Shown here piece by piece: positions 24,673 to 36,707 of a stretch of DNA of 44,900 nucleotides. The notes beneath the pieces were generated by a model that saw nothing but the letters and a program-made list of their open reading frames with translations, did not search any database and was not told where the DNA came from. The stretch's first letter is position 1; every line of letters starts with the position of its first letter. Origin of the DNA: Batkoa obscura (lineage: Eukaryota); assembly GCA_030770535.1 (NCBI GenBank), contig JASVEC010000002.1, positions 2,356,001 to 2,400,900 on the forward strand. Direction: 5' to 3'. Made by a program: the position numbers and the translations under genes.

Positions 24673-25418
24673 AATTTTGAATTATATTTTTCATAAAAAG
24701 ATAATTTTTGATTTTTGATTAATAATTATTTATCCATTTAATTATTAATCATTTTTTGGTATATTTTAGTAGGGTTTACTATCAGAATTTCTATTTTTGC
24801 ATTATATTTTATTCCTAAAATTAGCGACATAATCTCATGAAAATTTTAACTTATCATTTTTTATAAAAAGAGTTCTTGAAAGCTCAAAAAGCTGTGTTTG
24901 GTTTTAACCAAATTTTTAAACTTCAATGTTTATATTGTATTTAGATAAGCCATTAGTAAAGAAGATAAAGTATACAGCTAGACATTATGTTATCAATATT
25001 GTAGTTTTAATATTGATCTCAATAGATACAAAAAATAGGATTCCACAATTTAGCTTTGCAAAACTCATATAGAAGTATCTTTTTATTTAATATTTTATTT
25101 ATTTTATAGCATAAAAGCTAAATATTATTATCAAATATTGGAGCAAAAAAGAATTCACTTAACTGAATTTAAAATTGAAATAGAATCTATTCAAAGTACT
25201 GCTTAATTTACAATTTTGCAAGGAAGAAAAATAAAAAAAAATTAAAACCTAGGTCTAAACTAAACAATATAAATAAAAATGAAATTTTGGATATTCAGTA
25301 TCATTAGAAATAGTTTATTATCATGATAACAAAACTACTGTTCCTTTGGTAGCTAATATTTGTTAAATGCTCTAGTATATAGCTACAATAGCCAATCATT
25401 TCATAATAGTAGTGGGAG

Positions 25419-26374
25419 TTAATAATAATGATTAAAATCTTTAATTTCACCGCAATCAATTATTTTAACAGGTTCTAATGGCTTATCTTCTAATGGAGAG
25501 TTTTCTAAACCAAACAAAAGATTTAATAACTTATAACTTGAAAATAGAATATTTTACTTGGGTATGTCTTAACTTTAGAAATTTTATATACTAATGGCAT
25601 CCCTTCAACTACACGCCCAAATACTAAAATATTTATTAAATGTTCGACAAATAAAGTTATTACATACCAACATGCTTTCCATCTAAATGTTTTAATCTTG
25701 ATGTAGTAATAAAAAACTAAAATACGTTAGATAACAGAAAAAAGTTAAGCCGTATAATTACTTGTGAGCCGTTAGCATCTTTTTTAGCATTTGCCATGGA
25801 CAATACGCCTATTCAAATAGTATTTATTATATTGTTAACTATGTATATTATAGCAATTACCTGGCGTTTCATGACCATAAAGGAAATTTTCATCTTCAAA
25901 TCTATCGCCGTAAATTGATTTACCGCCCATACCGTTACCCATAGTAAAGTCTCCGCCTTGAATCATGAAATTCTAATTTTATTTTTTAGCGTAAATAAAA
26001 ATGAATTTATTTATTTTACTTCTATAACTCGATGAAAGGTAGAACCTTTATAACCAAAACCTTTCTAACACATTTAAAGTTATCTTTATGTACTCATATA
26101 AATAAATAATTATGTACCTCCCCTGTTGCTAATTGAAGGAAGTTCTCGGCTAAATTATATAAAAATTCATTTTAATTTATGTTTTTGCAATAATATATTA
26201 TATACCAGTCTTTGGTACGTCTTTGGCGTATAAACCTAATACTATTCTACCCATTTCTTTTTCACCAATCTTAATATCAAAGTAAACTTGTTTTGTTATA
26301 ATTGGTTTGTTTGTTCTTAATGATTGAACTATATTGATTATGGTTAACAATAATATTATAAATAATAACTTCAT
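25419..26374 (-). CDS. Third signal-peptide cyclophilin paralog, 8 exons
   Basis: [10 protein letters not shown].., [61 protein letters not shown]. Confidence 0.9.
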
Positions 26375-27058
26375 CTTGTTTGCTTTTCTAATTAAGATAA
26401 AAAAATCGAATTTAAAAATCAAAATTTTACATAATTTTTACCCAAATTACTTCTGATCCCAGGATAACTAACTTGTTTATTCTTAAGAATATTATAAGAA
26501 TATTTGAAAGAATCTTAATAGTATTATATATGTTATACTTAATAACGTCAAGTTGAAACGTTGATCATATCAAATAACCTTATAGTCATATATTCAATAA
26601 AAGGGTATAAAATACTATTGTACTTTGCTATAATTAATATAATGATAAAATTATGGTATTTATAATTTAATTAAAAGGGGAATTTTGGAGGTGTTTTTGC
26701 TTATTTTTTAAGTGTAGCAGTAATCTATTGTTTTGAATGTTTAAGAATAAATAAAATATTGATATATTAGTTAATATTTTATTTATTTTTTTAATATTTA
26801 AATTTAAACTACTCAATTGTTAAAAAACAACAGAATTTATTCATAATTTTTAAAATGTTTTACACTAAAGCTAGTTATAAATTAATAAATATAAATATAA
26901 ATCTACATTAAATGTGTATCTGTTAAAACGTATTATTAAATAATTACTCATTGTTTTTCATTAATCGCCTTTTCTACTATTTTATTAAATTTTTCATGAT
27001 ATTTATGAAAGTGCATATATGTTAAGACGAATTGCTAATTATAAGTTATACAAAAAAG

Positions 27059-29495
27059 TTACTGTGAAGTTGAAAGTGTGCTCATTGGCAACGAATCTGG
27101 TAAATCCAAATTATCAATTCCATGTACTGTACTTGTAGGTGTGATATTAGGTATTTTTATCGATTGTTTGGGGCTTCGAACATTCCTTCCTCTTAAACAG
27201 TTACGAAGTGCTCTGCTAGCAAACACCGTTAATCCTAAATTAGACCAATCTTCTTCATGGAGATCTCTCAAATCACCTACCGTTACCACATCTTGGGTTT
27301 TAAGCTTAATCAGCCACTCGGAAGCTTTATCTGCCCCTCGGTTGGTCAAGGAAGCGGTATCAAACACTATTTCTTCGATTGGAGAGTCATCGGAATATTC
27401 TAAGAAAGAAGATGAGCGTGTATAAATTGGAAATGAATCCGGTGGGATATTTTCTTCAATGCTTTTCTTAATACCTTTGTTTATCAACGTTTCCCCATCA
27501 TCATTATCATTATCCCATTCCCCATGGGTAGATCTTCTTGATGCTTGGCTACTAGTTGGCTGTGGTGTTTGTGGATCTGGCGGTGAATTATAACCATCAT
27601 CATCGCTTTTATTGCCACTCAACAATTTAAAGGCACTCATTAAGAGATTTTTTCCACTAGAAAGGCTCGAGAAGCTTGCTTGGTTATCACTGTCTGAATT
27701 TTTGTTTTTAGGCTCTGGAATTGGTATAGAAGAAGGTGTGCTTCCACCAGGCTTGTTTTTCTCTTCTGCAGCCCTTGCTCTTTGTTCTGAAATTACTGCC
27801 TTTTTTTCTGCTTCATTTGCTCTTTCCGCGGCCATAGCCAGTTCTTTTTTTGCATTGTGAAGCGCTTCTTCTATACTTGCAGATTTATGCCATGTGTGGC
27901 GATTTTCTTTTGTACTGCTTGATTCTCCTAATGTAGGGCGATTTAAGCCCCTGAGAATCCTATTTATTTCAAAAGTGATAAGGTGCTGATATCTTTGAGG
28001 TAATACTTGCTCTTCAATCTTTTAAAATGTAAATATCATAATTATTAGTATCAAATTATTTACCATCTCTTTTACGACTTCCTCAGCAGTATCATTATCA
28101 ACATTGAAATCAAATTTAACTGACAATTTATCTGTGCCTTTAAATACAACTTGAAGCAAAAGATTCTTTTTAGAATCAACATTTAGCAATATCACTTCGG
28201 GATCAACTGCTAAAAAAGTATGTTCTAACATTTCTTGTGCCGTTGGTCTAAATTAATAATTTAACAAACCATTTGATGATACTTTAAGCATAGAATTACC
28301 TATCATTTTCTGATCCTAAACAACTATTGATTAATCCCAAAATATCACTATCTTGGACTTTCTTTAAACATTCTGGCTTTATACCCTATTTTTGTGATCA
28401 AAGTAGTTTAATAAAGATATATATTAATATACCTGAGAAACCCTTCGATAAATTTGAGCAGCATTATTACATTCACTATATGGATAATCACCTGTGACCA
28501 TTTCAAGTAAACACATACCAAATGCATAAATATCCACTTTTTCATTATAACCCTTTTCTTCATACATTTCTGGTGCCATAAATTCAGGTGTTCCTAAAAA
28601 TAATTATAAAAAAGTTCTGATGAAATAATTGAAATTACCTATAACTGTATATTTTTTTCCCAATTTCATTTTAGCAGTGCCCATATCACCTATTTTAACT
28701 TCACCGTGAGCACCATTTATAAATATATTATCACATTTAATGTCACGGTGAATAATAGTGGGATTATATGAATGGAGATATGCAAGCCCTTTTAATATCT
28801 GTCTAGACCATCTCTTTATAATCCGTGTGTTTGGTATCTGGAGTTTATGAATATACCTTTTAAAATTAAATAAAAGAGAAAATGATAAAATAAAATAAAA
28901 TAAAATACTCTCGTAAGGTTCCAGATGTCATTAGTTCAGTAACAAATATAAATTCATTGTTTGTATACCAACAATCATGGAATGCTATTATATTCGGATG
29001 GCGCACTTTTTTAAGGATTTCAATTTCTGAACTAAAATCCATAAACTCAGCTTTCGTGGTATGCTATTGAGAAGGTGAGTTATATTTAACTAAAATATAA
29101 ATTATGTACTTGAAAGCAATTCCAAGCTACTTCAAAGCCTTCATCTCTGTCGATTCCTTTATAGACTATTTTATACGCGCCTTTTCCAAGTAACACGCTA
29201 AGCTATAAATACATTAATTTATATAAATTTAAAAGAAAAAACTAACTTTAGCATATCTTCCACGTGGACCTAACTCAATTATTTTTTCAATTTTTTTTGT
29301 TAAGGTGTTTGTGGCTTCTAAATTATCATTGCTCATTAGTCTTTGGTTATCCTGTAGTGGGTTGAATATTGCATCGTTCAAAGATGGGAGTTGAAAAAAT
29401 TCTGGTGAGCCACGGTTAAGGGAATTGTTTCTTGTCAAAAAAGCATTTGTGCTTTCATTGGCGTTTATTTCAAGGTCTTCTTGGTAAAATGACAT
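27059..29495 (-). CDS. WNK: WNK-family Ser/Thr kinase with PF2/CCT-like region, coiled coil and C-terminal SAM-like segment
   Basis: [17 protein letters not shown] (no subdomain II Lys), [64 protein letters not shown]. Confidence 0.92.
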
Positions 29496-30206
29496 TTTAT
29501 AATAAGTTTATTTGCTATAATAGTTTATGACTATTTCCTTAAATAGGATGTTGACTAATCCTTAAATCGGATATCTCTTGATGAGAATGAAATATAATGA
29601 AATCCAGTTTGGAATTAATAGAGTTGTATGTACACTATCAGCAATTCTAATATATACTTCTATTAAATTTAGTAAAACGATTGAAAGGAACCCAAAATTT
29701 CATTTTTTTGGCTTTTACTGTTCCTCTCCAAATAAATAAATCATCTGCTATTTTAACCAATAGAAGGGTTCCAATAATAATTTAAGCCAATAAAAGTAAA
29801 TAAAATGTAATGTGTTTTTAATTAGTAAAGCATGGTGTAATTTAGGTATTATAACTGCCAGGAATATTTTTTTTGGGCTAAAACTTCAGACATGAATTTT
29901 TTATAGAACATTAATAAATTAGACAGCTAATGTAAACAAAATAAAACAAAGCAACCTTTTAGTTTCATAATTAAATATGTTTAAAGTATTAGTTACTCTT
30001 AACATCACTAATCTAAAAGTATTGCTCTTTTATTATAATTTAGTGACGAATCAATCATTATTTAAATAATGTTAAAATCTTTTATTTCTAGTATATTTAT
30101 GATCAAGTTTTTATCAAGTTCATACTAAGTATTATTATTATTTAGCTATATTTAATATAGTAGATTAAATAATTTTAATAAAAAAATTAACTATTTTTGA
30201 TCTATA

Positions 30207-30428
30207 AGTTAGTTTAAAAGTTCAATTTAATTTTGTTTAATTTTGATTTTTAACAAGAATTGCAACTATGCAGTGCTATAAATTTTTTACTTTTTTGCTC
30301 AAAATAATCCATATTAGAACATTTTATACAATTTTAATAGTTTTCCTAAATTTTACGCTATATAGAGATTGGACAAAAAGTGAAATGGAAAATTTTACCT
30401 TTAATTTCAGCTAAGCCTTTAAACCTAC
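30207..30428 (-). repeat. Diverged inverted copy of the 211-bp repeat
   Basis: Reverse complement shares TTTTCCATTTCA, GCAAAAAAGTAAAAAA, TTAAACAAAA and CTTTTAAACTAACTT in the same order as 6298-6520. Confidence 0.65.
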
Positions 30429-30546
30429 TCTTACTTCTTATCAAAATGCTTTATTTACTTTAATCTATTTTTACTCTAAATATTTAATAAATTGCTTAGC
30501 TTTTATTATTTTTCAAGCAAGCCTATTATTAAGCTTTCTTATATAT

Positions 30547-30644
30547 GAGGATGTATTTTTGTGTTTAAGAATTTTACTAACAAATTTTCTATTTAAATAG
30601 TGGTCAAGAGATGGAAAAAGTAATGAAGCTAAAAAAGCATCCCC
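30547..30644 (-). mobile_element. MITE copy
   Basis: Consensus match, ATAT flanks. Confidence 0.88.
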
Positions 30645-30906
30645 ATATCCTGTCGCAGATAATGAAGAATTTTACAGAAAGATTTTGTATTGAAGCTAGC
30701 AGATTGCAACAGTAAAGCTGCTTTTTGCAATATTGCTACTGTTTTTTAGAAAAAAATAGTCCAAAAAAGTTACCAATAAAACTAATTTTATGCCATAAAA
30801 AATTAACTCTAAATGAAAATTAGCTTTTATAAAAAAAACTTAAAGATTAAGTACTGCTTTAGTTAAAACTATCATTTTTAAAATTAAAATTTTTGCAATA
30901 AGATAC

Positions 30907-31005
30907 GAGAGTGTCTTTTTTGGCTTCATCACTTTTTCTATTTTTTAAGTGCTATTTGAGTGGAAAAATTGTTAGTAAAATTCTTAAATACAAAAACACA
31001 TCACC
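30907..31005 (+). mobile_element. MITE copy
   Basis: Consensus match. Confidence 0.88.
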
Positions 31006-31414
31006 ATATAGTTGTTGCTTGACTTTAGTAAAGTTTTTTAAATATCGTATTCTATAATTTAAATTAAATCTTGAAATCAAACACACAATATAAAATAAAG
31101 TATATCATAATACAATATCTTAGTATTTAAGTTTATTCATACTTCTGTATTTTAATATATTTCTCATTTTTAAAGTGATGGTAAAAGCTTTAACTTTTTA
31201 AAAAGTGATGAAATTGTAATTAGAAAGGATTAATTTTTAGCAGCTTTTTACCATATAGGTTGATTTAGTATCAAACATCTTTAAAGAAAATTTACTTTAA
31301 TTTGAAAAATATAACGATTTAAATAGTTGAATCCATTAGTGCTATCATCAAATAGATACCGTGAGTAAAATAGACCAATATAAATGGTAGATGATGAAAG
31401 TAAAAAAAAAGTAT

Positions 31415-31512
31415 GAGGATATATTTCTTTGTTTAAGAATTTTACTAATAATCTTTACGCTCAAATAACGCTCAAAAAATGGAAAAAGTAATGAAACCAA
31501 AAAAACATCTTC
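31415..31512 (-). mobile_element. MITE copy
   Basis: Consensus match. Confidence 0.88.
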
Positions 31513-31887
31513 ATATACATATGTTCTAGAAAAAGAAAATAACACATTAATAAATTACAACGTAAATCTTTAATATAAAACACTATATTTTTTGACTTCT
31601 TTGTATAAAAATAACAACAGGAATCTTATGATTTCAACCCCAGTATACAGTGTAGCTTTTTATCATTTATACATGTCTGAATTTAGATGATACTAATTGA
31701 TCTAAGCTATTTAATGATTTTTGCTGCTCTTCTTAATCTCAAATCTATTAAACAAATTTATATTAAGTTATCATATTGGGATATAAATAAACAATATTCT
31801 ATAAAATTCATTGTATAAAAATTAAACAAATTTTATAACACGTTTCAATTATTCTGACTTTATATATTTCAACTATAACTGTTAATA

Positions 31888-32166
31888 TCAGATATCCGTA
31901 GAGGTGTTTTTTTCCTCAAGTTCTTTTTTCTATTAAAAAGGTTATAACAAGCTATCAAATCTTAATTGTTTTACCTTTTTATCTGCCTCCATTCTATGTT
32001 TAGCAACATCTAAAGCGGAATTAACCGTAAAGCAAGTTTCGAGGGTAGCATATGCTTATTCATTAAGTTAAATTTAATGCTTGAGTTAATTTAATTTACC
32101 ACAGAAACCAACTATACTAAATACAAGTCCACGATGCAAAATATCTGCCAATTTTGATTTAAGCAT
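31888..32166 (-). CDS. COX14: COX14-like cytochrome c oxidase assembly factor (~62 aa, 3 exons; absent from the ORF track)
   Basis: Spliced MLKSKLADILHRGLVFSIVGFC|AYATLETCFTVNSALDVAKHRMEADKK|KKELEEKNTSTDI*; D..HR followed by a single TM is the COX14 pattern. Confidence 0.65.
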
Positions 32167-32986
32167 CTTGATTTAAAAATAATATTTTCAAATTCTTTAT
32201 TAATATTTTAAAATCAATTTTAGTTTCTTGCAGTTTTTGGAAATTTAAATTAGGATTTGCAGAAAAAGCCAAGCAAAAAACGCCCTACTCTACTAGATAC
32301 TATTGACGCAACTGTTTAAGCTCAAATAAGCAATTTTTTGGAAAAATTCTTCAGCAATAATTTGCTTAATTGATTTTTTAAAGCTAAACTCTTAGGTCTT
32401 ATATTCATGCCAAAAATATTATTTACAAATGAATAGTTAATTGGCACATATTTGAACTTAAACAGCTGTGTTTGTGAGAAGATTCTTGGTTTTTTTTAAA
32501 GTTAGCAGCAGACCTAAAATTTTTGCATTGTACTTCCATATTAAAAAGTACTATAAATGATCTCATTAGAAGATAGAACTTACAATTGAGTCGAAAATGG
32601 TATTCAAAATACAAAAGTAAATCAAAACATCTATTTAACTATTTGGGTATAGATGGAAGTTTAAACCGTTATGATTTTTCACCAAAGTTCAAATATAACA
32701 AGCTTAGGTCTTCACAGTTTTTTTTACAAAACAAAAGACTTTAGCACAAAACTTCAAACAATTGCCTCAAGTAGTTAAATATCTTTATTTAATTGTAATA
32801 TGGATTATTTTTTTTAAACTATGATTATAAGTTAAATTCCTTTTTGTTAAAGAAAATCCCAATTAAATCCACGTCCCTATGATGAATTCATCCAATTAAA
32901 GTAGACACAAGTCACAAACTTTAGTTAAATTTTATAAAATCAAAACAGTTGATTGAATTTAAGGAATATTTAAACAGTAATACAAA

Positions 32987-35075
32987 AGTGAGATCACCAT
33001 TAATTTTATAAAAGATAAAACTAACATTGGAAGTGGATAATTCAAGCAATTCTTCTAGAGATTCGCCACTTCATGAGGATACAAAAGGAGATCAACTTGA
33101 GGATGCTTTTTCAAATAACGGAAGCCAGCAAGAAAACTCTTCAAAAAAAGAAGATTCACTGCAATATAATGAAAACCTTAGTTCTCTAACTGAGTCTCCT
33201 GAGTCTACAAACCCAATAAAAAAAGAAAACCAAAGTGCTAATAATAAAGATGAAGAGTATGATCTTGATTTAAATGAAAATTTAGAGAAAGATGATGATA
33301 GTATTGATAAAGAAAATGAAGAAATTCGAGAGAACAAAAATTTAAATGATGGTGATAATCCTTCGAATAAATCCTTCTATGAAGAAATTCCAAATAAAAA
33401 AGAAAACGAACAGGGAACTGAAATAGAGAAGGTAAATGAATTTAAAGATTCCCAGGACCATCCAATCCTAGAAAAGAATATTAATAAGGAAGGATATCAA
33501 GGCGATAATGCTTTGGACATAAATGTAGACGAAGAAAAAGAACCAGAAATAAAAGATACGGAAGAAAATAATATATCTGAAAAAAACATTGATGCACCGC
33601 TTTCTCCAATTTCAAGTATTAGTACTTCACGTAGTTCTAACAGTAAACCAAAAAGAAAAACAAGGAAGAGTTCGCCAGTTAAAAAAAGTACTAAAACAAA
33701 AACACGCTCTTCTCAAAATAAAGATAGTTATGATAATGATGGCTTAAGTGAAAGCGATCCTTCTCAATCTCCAGACCCTAGCCTAAAATCTGATAAAATC
33801 TCAAGTATTAATATATTTTTATAAATTATTATATAACTAACAGCTCTTGATTTAGAAATGGATGGAAAAGAATCAAAAAGTAAAATGGTGCAAAAGGAAG
33901 CAGTAGCGGTTGTTAAGAAATTAGAAGCAGATTTTTCTAAACTAAAAGCACAAATATATCAAGAAAAGTTTACAGAGTTGACAAAGGATGTAGAAAAAAT
34001 CCAAAATGGAACATCCGAATTGCTTTATGAGAGAACAAAAGAAGCAAGGATCAAAAGAGCAAGAAGAATTAGACTTGCTGCGTGGAATAGGAAGTATGCT
34101 TTATGGGAAAGTGCATCTCAGCTCTCAGCACAACAGTATTCAATAGATACACAGTTTTTATATGATCGTTTCAATACAAAAGGAAGGATTCACAATAAAT
34201 TTCTTAAAGAGAAGTGGAAAGTACAAGAAGCAAAAATAATATCGGAAATGCAGCAAAGTTTGTATATATATATTTTATTAAATTGATACTAATTTGATTC
34301 TTAGGTGAATTTGAGATATCAAAGAAACTAACTGCTGAGGGAGATAATCATGGTATAGTTAATAGTATTGAGAATGATGAATATGAAATCGAAAAGATTG
34401 AGGATTTGAAAAAAAATGTTCAAAGTTTAAATTCTGATGAAATAAATGAAGATATTTTAAAGATGCGTGGGTATTCACAAAGGACAGGGTTTTCACCTTT
34501 AGTAGGCGTTGGTGAATCGTTTGATATGGAGAATATAATATTAAATATCAAGATTAAAAATCCAAGATTTAACCGTAATATTTTAAAAACACCAGCATAT
34601 AGTACTTCCAATCATAATTATTATAATGTAAATCCAAGAGAAACAATAAATTATTTTAATCCTAAAGGTATGGGTATGAAGAGTTATTATCCACATTCTC
34701 CTTTACATCATGGAACTGGTGGCTATTCACCTCCTAATAGAAATGACATGATATCGCCACAACTTGAGCCACCAACTGCTTCTAGAAGGACAAAGGTCAA
34801 AATAATAGGGAATGATATCTTACTGTTAGATGAATCTTCACATAGTGTTGGTGATCGTTTTATGGTGAATGACAATTTACATGCGGCTTCATTTCCAGCT
34901 AGACTAGCAGGAATTGGAAATAATGAGGTAAATTTTATTTTCTATAAATTTCATTTTAATAAAAAATTAGATTACCATGCAAAAATTTGATGGTGCAAAA
35001 ACCAAAATACAGCTAACAGCACTATCGACTGGTAGATATAGTTTGAATGTACTTCCTGATTCAATAATCGAATGA
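32987..35075 (+). CDS. Sds3/Dep1-family Sin3-Rpd3L complex subunit with acidic N-terminus; ATG split by intron 32988-33033
   Basis: Coiled coil LEADFSKLKAQIYQEK..IQNGT; LNSDEINEDI; C-terminal FPARLAGIG..DGAKTKI..GRY resembles SUDS3/BRMS1. Confidence 0.72.
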
Positions 35076-35474
35076 GATTAAACATAAATAAAACAAAAAC
35101 AAATAATGATGAATAGTTAAATAATATTTCCATTTAATTTTTTAATTGAAATATATTTAAAAAGAGACAAGAGACTTTCTTAATTTAATTTAATTTAAAT
35201 ACATAATCAGTTTTTGAATTTTTTTTCCAAAGATAAAAGTAAATAAGTTTTGCAAAATACATTTGTATCTGTTATTATAATTACTAGATAAAAGTAAAGT
35301 TATTTAAATTCAATTGATATTAATTTTTATATTATTATTTTTGAAAGTTTGATATTAAGTAATAGTCATCTTTTATTGGCTTCTTTTTATTCCTTTTAAT
35401 TGGATCCTTTTCAAATAAAATCCCAAATTGCTATTTTGGTATTTTTAATAATAGTATACAATATAGATTCATAG

Positions 35475-36378
35475 ATGAGTAAGTCAAAGTTGTTATCCTT
35501 GATATCTACCCGTGTTCAGCACCAGCCTAATTTACCACATCCTGATAACTTAATTAAGAAATGGAATATAATTAAAGGAGATGAAGTAAGTTATTGCCAT
35601 ATTCATTTGTGAAAGAAATATTTATTTTATAAAGGTTATGATAATATCAGGAAAAGATAAAGGGGAGATTGGTAGAGTACAGAGAGTAGTTAGAGATCAA
35701 AACAAACTTGTTGTCACTGGAAAAAACTTGGTATAATAATAGCTATTATTTTTTGCTTAGTTTATTTATTATTACTTAAAGGTATGGAAGCATGTCCCTA
35801 AAAATGCAGATTCTCCTGGAGGTAAAGTTCAAAAGGAAATGCCTATCCATTATTCTAATGTGATGCATATTGATCCCAATACTAGGTAATGAGTTTGTAA
35901 TTCTATTAGTGCAACTTATTTTTTAATTGTTAGACGTGCTATTAAAGTTGAACTTCGTAAAGTTAAGGACGAAGAAAGCGGAAAATTGAAAAACCAAAGA
36001 TTTGTAAAAGGAACTAATACTATGATACCTCGTCCAACTTTCTTAGAGTATATTGATGCCCGAAAAGATGGACCTTATGATACACTCCCAGAGGCTGCAA
36101 CTAAAGTTACTTATACACCTACCCTTGAGTCTTACCCATTACCTAAGGGTGTTATTGATGAGCTCCGCTCCCCCAAAAGAGCTGCTTATGACTTACATCG
36201 TAGCTTGTTAAAGCTTGTAAGTTTCAATCATATTTATTTAAACAATTTTAATTTTAATTTTTAATAGCAAAAAGAAAAAGAGAAGCTTCAACTTAAAGCA
36301 GAACGCATGTCTCGTCCTAAATTTACTAGATTTACTCCTGGCGGTTTACAGAAAAATATAACCATTGAATCAAATTAA
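35475..36378 (+). CDS. MRPL24: Mitochondrial ribosomal protein uL24m, 5 exons
   Basis: WNIIKGDEVMIISGKDKGEIGRV (KOW), GKNLVWKHV, EMPIHYSNVMHIDP, DGPYDT. Confidence 0.88.
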
Positions 36379-36707
36379 AAATTAGAATACCTTTATTTAT
36401 TATGTTTTAATTATACTTTAATTTTAATTTTCTACATTAATACAGATAAACTTGAATTTATTATGTAAATATTTGAAAATAAGTGTATTGTTTTTCAAAC
36501 AGATAAAATTTATATTAATTTATATCAACAATTTCAGTTGTTATATTTGCTAATAATATAAATATGCTTTTGGTATTATTTTATATATTAAATTTGATTC
36601 GATTTTTATTGGATAAATTTATGATTTCGATAAAATTTAATTATCTCAATATTCACCTATTCTATTATCTTTATAGAATTATTATATTTCTATAATAAAT
36701 AGATAAA

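Noticed and set aside
27078..27860. Plus-strand ORFs of 115 and 82 aa
   Set aside because: Antisense shadows of the last WNK exon
30676..30740. Small imperfect hairpin TAGCAGATTGCAA..TTGCAATATTGCTA
   Set aside because: Short, imperfect and without supporting context
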